Part shown: positions 54,727 to 64,000 of the stretch, one piece after another
Layout of the letters: every line of letters starts with the position of its first letter
Position numbering within the stretch: position 1 is the first letter of the stretch
NCBI GenBank assembly: GCA_963773065.1
Contig: CAVYZN010000026.1
Location: 46,672-110,671 of the forward strand
DNA length: 64,000 nt
Source of the DNA: an uncultured Gammaproteobacteria bacterium
GTDB lineage: Bacteria > Pseudomonadota > Gammaproteobacteria > UBA9214
Direction of reading: 5' to 3'
Made by a program: the position numbers and the translations under genes
The notes under the pieces: generated by a model
What the model was told of the DNA's origin: nothing
Databases searched by the model: none
The model's input: only the letters and a program-made list of their open reading frames with translations

Positions 54727-54869
54727 GCTGCATTTCAGGCATCGGCCTGTTGCCTTACCGGCATCGTGAATCCCACGATGCCGGTCCGCCGGGGAAAAAT
54801 GATTACGGTTGCCCCGGCATACTTCTGCTCCAGCGTCAGGCCGGCGATGGACCCGGGGATAGGTACTCC

Positions 54870-55944
54870 TCAGGGAGCGGGGGTAAACTCGACCAGCTCC
54901 TCCCGGAACGTGGGATCGTTGTCATCCAGTGTCACGATCACACCGACGTTGGGCGCATAAAACTTGCTCTCGCTCTTATCGGGCTCGATCGGGCTGTACT
55001 CGTGGGTCTTGAGGCAGTTCCCTGTACAGCTCGCCACGGCGGGCCCGGCTTGGGGTACGGACTCCGTCTCCGTCATGCTCAGGTTCTCGGCGACGTCCTC
55101 CGCATCGCCCAGCAACCACTCCTGGCGATACACATCACCGACGGTGAAAACCGCCGGCATGACAATCCCGGGTTTGGCCCCGTCGACACCGGTTTCCCAG
55201 GCACCCTCGATGCTGATCAGCAGGTTGTCCGGATTGGTCGCCAAGGTATTCTCGCCGAAGTACCAGACGTTGCCGGCCACGTCCTGCGCATACCAGTCGA
55301 TGGTGTTTTCGGTGGTGTTACCGCCGACCTCGACCACGTCGGTCACGGCGACAACCGGGACGTTCTGGATTTTCGTCGTATGATCGGTGACCGTGACGGT
55401 AATGGTCTCGCCCGCCGTGCTTGTTATAGACCCACTTCGTTCCTTTTTTCAGCGGGAAATAGGTATTGCCGACGATTTGATCGGCGGGGACGAAGTTATT
55501 GGGATCGATCGGCGGGTCATAGGGACCACCGCCCATGGTCAATGCGCCGCAGAGCTCGAGACGCGCATCGCGGACATCTCTACAGTGCGATTTGTCGTCC
55601 TGGCGCGTCGAATTGGCATCCGCCAGGCACGTGGCCTTTTCGTTCGCGTCCGTCAGATTCAGGCACTTGGCCTGCGCGATCAGATAGTTATCCTTCACGT
55701 CATTGCCGCAGGCATTGTAGGCGATTTGGGAAGTCTGCGAGCACACCCCTCCTTGACCTGCCTGGCCCTGGTGACCATCCTGGCCCTTGTGACCATCCTG
55801 GCCCTGTGACCCTCCTGGCCTTGGCCGTGAGCCGCGGCGTCAGTCGCGCCGAAAGCCGCACCACCGGCGAGTAAGACCACAATGGCTAGTATCCAGCGAT
55901 GTCCGGACCGGACCCGCTGTATTAAATGTTTTTTTCTTCATCAT
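54870..55944 (-). CDS. Secreted 6-Cys hypothetical protein (paralog B) with His-containing repeats, frameshifted
   Basis: Signal peptide, (GQDGHK)-like repeats, six Cys, NTYFPL, TIDWYAQDVAGNVWYFGE, AKPGIVM, KFYAPNVG. Confidence 0.75.
55749..55820 (-). repeat. 18-bp tandem repeat, about 4 copies
   Basis: GGCCAGGATGGTCACAAG-like units on the minus strand; one copy lacks 1 nt. Confidence 0.75.
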
Positions 55945-56049
55945 TGATTTAATCTCCAGCATTGATTGAAAAGGTAACTCTGTGCCAGAACTCATCGCTG
56001 CATTAAACTATACTATAGCAAACCGGCCGCACTCCAACATGTCCGAATC

Positions 56050-56065
56050 ATTACCAAATGGTAAT
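56050..56065. promoter_or_regulatory. CzcR-type response-regulator box
   Basis: ATTAC-CAAATG-GTAAT palindrome between paralog B and the two-component system. Confidence 0.7.
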
Positions 56066-56100
56066 GTCTCCCCGGTACCATCCGGTTATGCTTAGCCAGC

Positions 56101-56778
56101 ATGCATATCCTGCTGATTGAAGACGATGTTCTGGCCGCTGAATACCTGGTAAAAGGATTCGGCGAGTGTGGCCACGTCGTCGACCACGCGGCCGACGGCA
56201 AGATCGGCCTGAATATTGCGCTAAACGGTCACTACGACGTCATCGTCGTCGACCGCATGCTGCCTCGTCGCGACGGTCTGACGATTATCCGCATGCTGCG
56301 GGCGGACCGGAACCAGACGCCGGCGTTGGTGCTGTCGGCGCTCGGCGAGGTGGATGATCGTGTCGAGGGACTGCGGGCGGGATGCGATGACTACCTGGTC
56401 AAGCCCTATGCCTTCAGCGAACTGCTGGCGCGACTGGATGCCCTGGCCCGGCGCAACCAACCGGCGGGGCAGCAACAGTACCTGCAGATGGCCGACCTGG
56501 TGATCGACAGGCAAAACCAGACGGTCAAACGCGCCGGCAGACTCATCCACTTGCAGCCCCGCGAGTTCCGTCTGTTGGAATACCTGATGCGCAATGCGGG
56601 ACGGATGGTGACGCGCACCATGCTGCTCGAACATGTATGGGATTTCAATTTCGATCCGCAGACCAACGTGATCGACGTGCAGATCAGCCGCCTGCGCGGC
56701 AAGATAGACAAGGGCTTCGGCGTGTCTCTGTTGCATACCGTCCGCGGCGCGGGGTACATACTGAGTGAATCTCTCTAG
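56101..56778 (+). CDS. Heavy-metal-type OmpR-family response regulator (CusR/CzcR-like)
   Basis: VDRMLP, KPYAFSELLAR, TRTMLLEHVWDFNFDPQTNVIDV, TVRGAGY. Confidence 0.93.
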   Translation: MHILLIEDDVLAAEYLVKGFGECGHVVDHAADGKIGLNIALNGHYDVIVVDRMLPRRDGLTIIRMLRADRNQTPALVLSALGEVDDRVEGLRAGCDDYLVKPYAFSELLARLDALARRNQPAGQQQYLQMADLVIDRQNQTVKRAGRLIHLQPREFRLLEYLMRNAGRMVTRTMLLEHVWDFNFDPQTNVIDVQISRLRGKIDKGFGVSLLHTVRGAGYILSESL

Positions 56779-58162
56779 GCTGTTCCGAACGACGGCGGTA
56801 AGGCTGGCACTGCGCTACGCGCTGGTCTACGCCGGCGTGATGGGTCTGTTGCTGGCGGCGCTGTTCTGGACGAGCAGCCGCTACGTCGATTCACAACTGG
56901 AGGCCGGACTCGAACAGGAATTGTTTTCGCTCGCCTCGAAGTTCGGAAGCGGGGGCCCGCAGCACTTGGCGGAGGCGGTCTCGCAACGTGAAGAACATGG
57001 CCTGGAGGAGGGCCGGTATTACCTGCTGGTCGGTCGCGATGGCGCCAGAATCGCCGGCAATCTGTTCGCCTGGCCGCCCGACAGCAATATCCCCTTCGAC
57101 GGCAAGGTGCACAGCGTCTGGGTGGAGGACGATGTCATTCCGGGCACACAATACGACGATGACGCCTACTGGCCCGTGATCGCCCGGGAGCTGCCGGACG
57201 GCAGCCGTCTGTTGCTCGCCCGCAGCGTTCGACACGCGGAGGATCTGCAGGAGTTTACGCTGTATCTGATGGTGTTCATCCTGGCCGTGGCCGTGCTGCT
57301 GGCACTGGCCATGGGCATGACGCTGGGCCGAGCGATACTCGGGCGCATGGACACCATCAGCCACACCGCGGGCGACATCATGGCGGGCGATCTGTCGCAA
57401 CGCATTCGGGTTAGTAACAGTGATGATGAATTTAATGCCCTAGCAAAGCGTCTCAATGCGATGCTGGATCGCATTCAGCATCTCATCAAGGGGATCCGCG
57501 AAGTAACCGACAACGTGGCGCATGATCTGCGCAGTCCGCTCAGCCGCTTGCGCAACCACCTGGAGATTACGCTGCTGGAGGGGCGCAGCGAAGAGGAATA
57601 TCGCCAGGCCATCGGCAAAACGATCGAGGATGCCGAATTACTGATCAAGACCTTTAACGCCATGCTCGGCATCGCGCAGGTGGAATCGGGTAATCACCGT
57701 ACGCCGTGGGGCCGTGTCGATCTGAACACGCTCGCCGCCGATCTCGAGGAACTCTACAAGCCGGTTGCCGGGCTGAAGGGACAGCAATTCATACTGGTGA
57801 CGGGCGAACCCGCGGAAATCACCGGCAGTCGTGATCTGCTCGCGCAGGCGATCGGCAACCTCCTGGATAACGCAATCAAGTACACGCCGGAAGGCGGAGC
57901 GATAATACTGGGGGTCAAACGGCTGGAAGAGGCCACCGAGGTGATGGTGCGTGATTCCGGCGCGGGCATACCCGCGGCGGAACGGGAGCACGTGCTGGAG
58001 CGTTTCGTCCGTCTCGAGAGTTCACGCCATACTCCGGGCAATGGTCTGGGACTGAGTCTGGTAAAGGCCGTAGCCCGCTTGCACGGCGCCGAGCTGCGGC
58101 TGGGTGACGCCGGCCCTGGGCTCACCGTTACCCTGCGGTTCCCGCACACCCGGGTTGGCTAA
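56765..58162 (+). CDS. Sensor histidine kinase
   Basis: Two TM segments, HAMP, NVAHDLRSPL, NLLDNAIKY, GNGLGL. Confidence 0.93.
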   Translation: MNLSRLFRTTAVRLALRYALVYAGVMGLLLAALFWTSSRYVDSQLEAGLEQELFSLASKFGSGGPQHLAEAVSQREEHGLEEGRYYLLVGRDGARIAGNLFAWPPDSNIPFDGKVHSVWVEDDVIPGTQYDDDAYWPVIARELPDGSRLLLARSVRHAEDLQEFTLYLMVFILAVAVLLALAMGMTLGRAILGRMDTISHTAGDIMAGDLSQRIRVSNSDDEFNALAKRLNAMLDRIQHLIKGIREVTDNVAHDLRSPLSRLRNHLEITLLEGRSEEEYRQAIGKTIEDAELLIKTFNAMLGIAQVESGNHRTPWGRVDLNTLAADLEELYKPVAGLKGQQFILVTGEPAEITGSRDLLAQAIGNLLDNAIKYTPEGGAIILGVKRLEEATEVMVRDSGAGIPAAEREHVLERFVRLESSRHTPGNGLGLSLVKAVARLHGAELRLGDAGPGLTVTLRFPHTRVG

Positions 58163-58200
58163 GGGCAATTTGGCATCGCTCGTCCGGCTATCACACCAAC

Positions 58201-58218
58201 ATGTCATTTAAATGACAT
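58201..58218. promoter_or_regulatory. Perfect 18-bp palindrome, candidate operator
   Basis: ATGTCATTTAAATGACAT in AT-rich intergenic DNA. Confidence 0.4.
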
Positions 58219-58338
58219 AAATAAGGGTAATAAAAAAACTGGAGTACATCGGACACCCGGTATATATTTCCGGCGTCAGCAGGGGTTGCAACCGCACCCC
58301 GCGTGGTTGAACAGGAACAACGTATCGAGAGGATCAAG

Positions 58339-58698
58339 ATGGACAAGAAGACGACACCACCCACGAAGAAGACAGTTGCACCGAAAACCGCACCACCCGC
58401 AGCGACTGCTTCGAGGACACCTGAAGCTCCCCCGCGGAAGACCGCCGCACCGACCCCCAAACCTGCCGCGGCGAGTCCCGCAGAGAAACCGGCTCCGGCC
58501 AAGAAGGCCGCCAAGGCGGCAACCCCGACGACAGTTCCCTCCGTCACTCCCGAAGAGCGCTGGCAGATGATTTCAGTGGAGGCCTATTACCTGGCCGAGA
58601 AGCGCGGTTTCGTCGGTGGCGATCCTTGTCATGATTGGCTTCAGGCGGAAGCCCAGGTCGAGGCCATGCTCAAGAAACGCGGCGCCGCCCGCAGATAA
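58339..58698 (+). CDS. DUF2934-domain protein with K/A/P/T-rich N-terminus
   Basis: ERWQMISVEAYYLAEKRGF..DWLQAE. Confidence 0.85.
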   Translation: MDKKTTPPTKKTVAPKTAPPAATASRTPEAPPRKTAAPTPKPAAASPAEKPAPAKKAAKAATPTTVPSVTPEERWQMISVEAYYLAEKRGFVGGDPCHDWLQAEAQVEAMLKKRGAARR

Positions 58699-58834
58699 TA
58701 GTCGCCGCAGCGATAGCTCGGCCCGCCATTTCTCACGGGAATCCCGGCGCTGACGGGTCTTGACTCGCGGACGTCCCGAGTCGTGCCGCCGTCATTGCGA
58801 AGGCAGGTGGGAAATTCTTGTCAGCGAGGTGCCT

Positions 58835-59243
58835 ATGAACGATTACCTGACTTCGAACACCCTGAGTGACACCGGCAAGCTCATCCTGCGAGCTGACCCT
58901 TGGTATCCTGATACTGTTCCATGGCGTGGGCAAAATCCTGCAGGGAATCGATCCGATCCAGGGCATGGTGTCGGGCATGGGACTCCCCGGCTTCCTGGCC
59001 TATGGCGTTTACCTGGGTGAAGTGCTGGGGCCGGTGCTCCTCGTGCTCGGCTTCCATGCGCGGATCGGCGCCGGACTGATCGCCATCAACATGGTCGTCG
59101 CCATCCTGCTGGCGCACACCGGTGACCTCTTGAGCCTCAGCCCGCAGGGCGGGTGGCGGCTGGAGCTGCAGGGCATGTTTCTCGCCACCGCGCTGGCACT
59201 CGTGCTCATCGGCCCCGGTCGGTTCAGCATCAACCAGCGCTGA
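58835..59243 (+). CDS. DoxX-family membrane protein, frameshift near 58890
   Basis: GKLILR / LTLGILILFHG, AYGVYLGE, GGWRLELQ, GPGRFS. Confidence 0.85.
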
Positions 59244-59321
59244 GACGGGAAAATCCCCGCCGCTGGGTTCTATCAGGGAACCCGGATGTAGTGTTGTCGC
59301 GGTCCGGCCCCGGGTGCGGCC

Positions 59322-61290
59322 TCATCCCCGCGTAAAGACAATGACGCCGTTGGCCGGAATGACGAGCTGCGCCACCGCGGGCAGGCCGTGCAGACCGGGT
59401 TCCGTGGCATCGATGCCGCCGCCGTTGCCGGCGACCCAGGGATTCACCCAGTGGTCGTAGGCGTCGCTGTTGAACACCTCCCGCCAGTGACCGGCCGCGG
59501 GAAAGCCCAGCCGGTAACCGTGATGCGTAGCCTCGCCGAGACTCGCCACCACCACGACATCATCGCCAGCGCCGGGAACCCAGCGGTGAAAGGCCAGCAC
59601 GCGATAGTCGTTGTGGACATGAAAGACGTTGAGACCAAACCCGCAAAGACCCCTGAGCCGGCGCCGCAGGCCGATCAGCTCCCGCGAGTAGCGCAGGAAA
59701 TCGGCCATGGACCCGTCGCTTGCCAGACCCTGCCACCAGATCTGGAAGGCGCCGCCGGGTTCGTCGTGCCATTGTTTGTCCTCGAGGAATTCCTGGCCCA
59801 TGAATACCTGCGGGATCCCCGGCGCCGTCAGGGTCAGCGCCAGCGCCACCCGCGAGCGGCTGCGCGCCTGCCAGGAGCGGCTGTCGGAGCCGCCGGCGAG
59901 GCGCGCCATGCGAGGGCCGCGATCGCGGTAAACGAGGCCATGGTTCTCGGTGCATTGCACGGCGCGCCAACTCTCACCCAGCCGGGGAACGTGAAGCTCG
60001 CGGGCGATGCGGTCCATGTCGACGAAGGCGCCGGCGCCTCCGGCCGCCTGGCCGATGGCGCCACGCAGCGCCTCGCGCAGCCCGTCGTTCAGGGTGGCAT
60101 CGAAACCGGCGCCGCCCGCGGCCGTGGCACGCACGACGCTGTCGTCCACGGGCCAGTGTTCGGCGATGTGGATCGCCTCGGGTTTCACGTAATGACAGGT
60201 GTCGGTTAAGTAGCGGCATAACAGCCAGCCATGCTCGCCGCCCTCGTTGCGGATCACGCTGACCGCGTCGTATCGAAAGCCGTCGGCGTGGTATTCCTGC
60301 AAATAGAACAGCGCGTTGTAGACCAGGAACTGCTTGACCTCGTTTTTCCACATGGCGAACACCAGGCCACCCGCCCAGCCATGGTCGGTGAAATACAGGC
60401 TGTTGTTCTGATCGTCCCGCGGCTGGCAGTCGTAGAAGTAAAGGCAACGATCGGTGAAATCGCCGCCGGCGTGGTTGTAGACGACGTCGAGGAGCACGGC
60501 GATGCCATGCAGATGGCAGAGGTCCACCAGCAGTCGCAACTGGTTGGCCGTGCGCTCGATATCCCGGCGCGTGTACGGGGTAAACGACGGGGCAATCCCG
60601 CGCAACAGCCGGTTGGCCGTCTCCAGATACCGGTCCAGGTCGGGGTCGTCTGAGCGGATGCCGTAGTCGGTCTCCGGGGAGAAATAATCGACGCCGTTGT
60701 AGTCGAGGCTGAATAACGCCGGGAATTCCACCACGGGCAGCGGCTGGATGGCGTTGATTCCGAGGGCCTTCAGATACGGCAGCTTCTCCATGACGGCGAG
60801 AAAGGTGCCGTGGTGCCTGTTAGCCGGGATATACCAGGTGCCGACGTGGAACTGGTAGATGATCAACTCATGGACAGGCGGCGGCCGGTAGCCGGCATCG
60901 TGCCAGGTGAAGCGCTTCGGGTCGCACACCAGGCATTGGCAGTCCGGCCACGGCGGATCATCGGTAAGCTCCCGGGCACAGGGATCGCGCTTGATGCCTT
61001 CGCCGCCGCCAACGGGGCCGACGATGTAGAACATGTAGCGTTCACCGTCCTGCGCTTCCGGGACGATACCGCCCCACATGCCGCCATCGAGCCGTTGCAG
61101 TCTGGCCTCCTGCCGATGATGCCAGGCACCGCTGGAATCGCGGGAGTAGTCCCAACGCAGCCGCACCTCGCGCGCCGCGGGCGCCCAGGTCTTGAAGGTC
61201 GCGCCCGCTCCATTGCGCGAGCAGGTTGGCGCCCATCGGCACCACCGCGGCCGGCAGGCTGTCCAGAGTCAGTGTTGTCATGTCATCCAT
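59322..61290 (-). CDS. GH13 1,4-alpha-glucan branching enzyme-like protein, frameshift near 61215, possibly inactive
   Basis: MGANL, TFKTWAP, LDVVYNH, DGFRYD, IAEHW, ENHG (instead of NHD), FMGQEF. Confidence 0.8.
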
Positions 61291-61646
61291 GGCGGTCCTC
61301 TCAATGCGTCGATGGTTTGCCCGCGGCGTGCGGGCGGTGCCCGCTACTTATACGACGATTGTCGCCGTGCGCGCCGGATCATGGCGCGGGACGCCCCCTT
61401 GCCTGTCGCCCAGTATAGTCCGGGAACATGGGACACGAAAAAAAATGGAGGGAATTGGGACATACATGATTATCACGGAAACTCTGCCGGGACGGAACAG
61501 GTTCGATAATTCAGAATGCCCGCTTTTCACTTCCCCTGATTGATCTTCAGAAATCCTTGCTGCGGCGGATGTCCTGGCGACAGGAATTTGAACCTGTGAG
61601 ACACGCGCCACAGGCGGGGTGCAACTCCTCAAAAACCTGCTAGGAT

Positions 61647-62831
61647 ATGGCACCCTTAAACCACTCCACCCTTCATGCCATGCTAAAATCCAGTGCAAGA
61701 ATCGTCCGTATCGAGGAAGGTCATCGGCAAACCCGGCTATCCCCAGCCCAGAAAAAGTTCAATGCCACCATCAAGAAGATTGACATACAAAAACAACTCC
61801 TGGCGGTTTGGCAGGAAACCATTCCCCGGTATCAGCGGTTGGTTGCTGAGAAATTAACCCCCCTGCGGCAAACCTTCGGCGCCCACCAGGAGGAAATGGT
61901 GTATTTGCTGGACGGGCTACACGGCAACAAACGCCTTGCACGCAATCAAAAGGAAAAAATCGGGCATCTCATCCGTGAGCTATGTACCGAATTGATCAAC
62001 GCGCATGACCGGGAGGATTTGAAGTCGATCTACAATAAATACAGCGAGCTTGATTTCGATGCCGAAGATCAGGAAGCCGCCGCCCTGGCGGGCGATTTCA
62101 TAAAATCCATGCTCGAATGTGAACTGGGGATACAGATCGATGACGATGATATTGACGTAAATTCGCCCGAGAAAATCGCGGCGCGTATCCAGGAGAAACT
62201 CGAAGAACAGCAGCGTCGAACCGACGAACGCCGCAGCCGCCGCAAGAAAACCGCGAAACAGTTAGAGAAAGAAGCCCGGCAGCAGGCGGAAGAAGCCAAC
62301 CTCAGCAAGTCCATCCAGGCGGTATACCGGCAATTGGTCACGGCTTTGCACCCCGACCGTGAGCAAGACCCGGTCGAACGGAAACGCAAGACCGAACTGA
62401 TGCAGCAAGTGACGGTGGCCTATGGGAAAAAAGATCTGCTGCAACTTCTGGAGCTGCAACTGGCCGTTGAGCAAATCGACCAGAGTAGAATCAACACGAT
62501 TGCCGCGGACCGCTTGAAATATTACAACAAGATCCTGCAAAGCCAGCTCGATCAACTACAGCAGGAAGTGTTACAGATTGAACTTACGTTCAAGCAGCAA
62601 CTGGGCCTTGCGCCATACGATACACTTTCGCCCAAGCGCCTGATGTCCCTTCTCAATGAGGATATCGCACGTCTGCATGATGAGATTGCCCGCATCCAGC
62701 ATGACCTTGTTGCCTTCCAGGATGTTAATCGCCTCAAGGCATGGCTCAAGGAATACCGGATTCCCGTCGGGATGGGCGAGATGGATGACCTGTTCTTTGG
62801 TGACGGCTTCTCACCTTTTGGTTTCCGGTAG
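61647..62831 (+). CDS. J-domain-containing coiled-coil protein
   Basis: VYRQLVTALHPDRE..KTELMQQVTVAY. Confidence 0.8.
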   Translation: MAPLNHSTLHAMLKSSARIVRIEEGHRQTRLSPAQKKFNATIKKIDIQKQLLAVWQETIPRYQRLVAEKLTPLRQTFGAHQEEMVYLLDGLHGNKRLARNQKEKIGHLIRELCTELINAHDREDLKSIYNKYSELDFDAEDQEAAALAGDFIKSMLECELGIQIDDDDIDVNSPEKIAARIQEKLEEQQRRTDERRSRRKKTAKQLEKEARQQAEEANLSKSIQAVYRQLVTALHPDREQDPVERKRKTELMQQVTVAYGKKDLLQLLELQLAVEQIDQSRINTIAADRLKYYNKILQSQLDQLQQEVLQIELTFKQQLGLAPYDTLSPKRLMSLLNEDIARLHDEIARIQHDLVAFQDVNRLKAWLKEYRIPVGMGEMDDLFFGDGFSPFGFR

Positions 62832-62844
62832 CTCTGGACTGCGC

Positions 62845-63095
62845 TCGGCAATTGCTCCTGCATTGCACTATCTCCTGCAGTCGCTCTGGGCATCCTCTGC
62901 AACTGCTCCTGCGTCTACACCTATCTCCCTGCAGTCGTGCCCTAGGCCACGCCGTCTCTCGACGGCTTCCCTGTGCATCGGTCGTCCCTGGCAGTCGTGC
63001 CCTCCTCGCGACACTCGCACTTCCCTGTGCATCGGTCCCTATAGTCATCGGTAACTGCTCCTGCGTTACCCTACCTCGCTACTTCCCTGTAGTCG
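62845..63095. repeat. Cluster of about 48-bp TCGGYAACTGCTCC..GYAGTCG repeat units and fragments
   Basis: Units at about 62845, 62897 and 63048; the last closely matches the reverse complement of 8656-8703. Confidence 0.7.
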
Positions 63096-63130
63096 TGCAT
63101 CTTCCGATCGCGCCGTCCCTGGCCGCGGCG

Positions 63131-63313
63131 TTAACTAACCAGGTTATCAGTCAAACATCGAGTTATGAGGTCGATGTCATACTCCTTCCAGGGATTCCAC
63201 CCCGTGGCTTGATTAATCTGCCGCCGATCCGCGATATGGCGAGTGTAATAAAACGGCAAACCCTGCTTGGGAGCATTTACGCGTCTATCTATCATTTTGC
63301 GTCGTTCTTCCAT
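63131..63313 (-). CDS. Small hypothetical protein with ERR/DRR motifs
   Basis: 60 aa, GAGG RBS; MEERRKMIDRR..ADRR. Confidence 0.45.
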   Translation of the reverse strand: MEERRKMIDRRVNAPKQGLPFYYTRHIADRRQINQATGWNPWKEYDIDLITRCLTDNLVS

Positions 63314-64000
63314 GTTTATACCCTCACGTTGTTGATCACCCCGGCTAGAACAGAGCTGGCCAAGGTTGGAGCAACTGCCAGTTGGCTACGTCAATGGTGG
63401 TGATGGTGCCGTTGGCGTATTCCAGCAATGCCTCATTGCCAACGACAGTCAACACCACAAGACTGCTGCCCGACTTGTCCCGGTAGATGCCACCGACGAC
63501 CGGATGGTGTATGGAATTTTGTTCTAATTCATATCGACTCTCCTCTTCTCCTCCGCGGTGGCGTACTCATCGAGCCGCCGTAACCGTCTTTAATTTATGT
63601 ACAAGCATTATACTACCTGGAACTCCGTCAACACGCGGCTCTCCACAGCCGGTTTCTGATCTCCGCATTGCGGTTGACAAGCGAGTGACACCCCGCCGTA
63701 TTGCAAAACATAGATGCGAAAGTATAGAAAGAAAATTAGGTCGACTACGTACGTAGCACCACTTAGTCAATTGACACGACATGGGCGCCAGGGACGCCAT
63801 GCCCTGGCGGCAGATCATGCCGGGAAGCCCGGCCGTATCGCTGCCGCGAATGTGCCAGGAAACTGGCGGTCTCACCACCCCCGCCCGGCCTTTCAAACCT
63901 CCCTCTCCTGCACCCAGGAGATGGAAGATCGGCGCGCCAGAGGGTATGGGCTTCCGGCAGGCGAGCGCAGCCGCTGAACCGCCGGTGAGGCGCTCCCGCA

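Noticed and set aside
62845-63095. Possible CRISPR array
   Set aside because: Units are degenerate and irregularly spaced, with no unique spacers of constant length and no cas genes.
1-64000. tRNA, rRNA, prophage or intact transposase/integrase genes
   Set aside because: None were recognised by eye; tRNAscan and Rfam searches were not run.

Overview
High-GC, probably gammaproteobacterial chromosome segment; SulP/Usp, RegBA, a TusE/DsrC-like protein and NnrU are compatible with a sulfur-oxidiser, which is an inference. Many genes carry 1-nt indels, often in homopolymers and densest at 22-30 kb and 46-56 kb. This suggests an imperfectly polished long-read assembly, so 'pseudogene' calls are provisional. 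Contents in order: toxin-antitoxin and cassette-like debris (0-2.5 kb); response regulator-kinase-sulP-usp with an 11-bp-period direct-repeat operator; an ATP-grasp ligase; a 9.6-kb block (two ArsM-like methyltransferases with ArsR, hypotheticals, RegBA, a porin and TlpA) bracketed by a 1.37-kb near-identical direct duplication of a GH94 gene 3' end; a beta-glucan cluster (GH94, discoidin/six-hairpin glycosidase, ABC transporter, GH1, SemiSWEET); mgtE; an RNA-handling cluster (rhlE, csp, RRM, NYN-LOTUS, arfB); GMC oxidoreductase, GST and NnrU; a relic integron (truncated intI, attI, one nuclease-like cassette, flanking TA modules); and a 12-kb candidate metal-responsive locus. That locus combines an LbtU-like porin, two paralogous secreted 6-Cys proteins of unknown function, a tripartite RND pump and a two-component system, with a shared ATTAC-N6-GTAAT-type box, and it is the best candidate for an undescribed system. 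The window is also rich in REP/MITE elements, including nested ones and a MITE inserted in frame within a gene.
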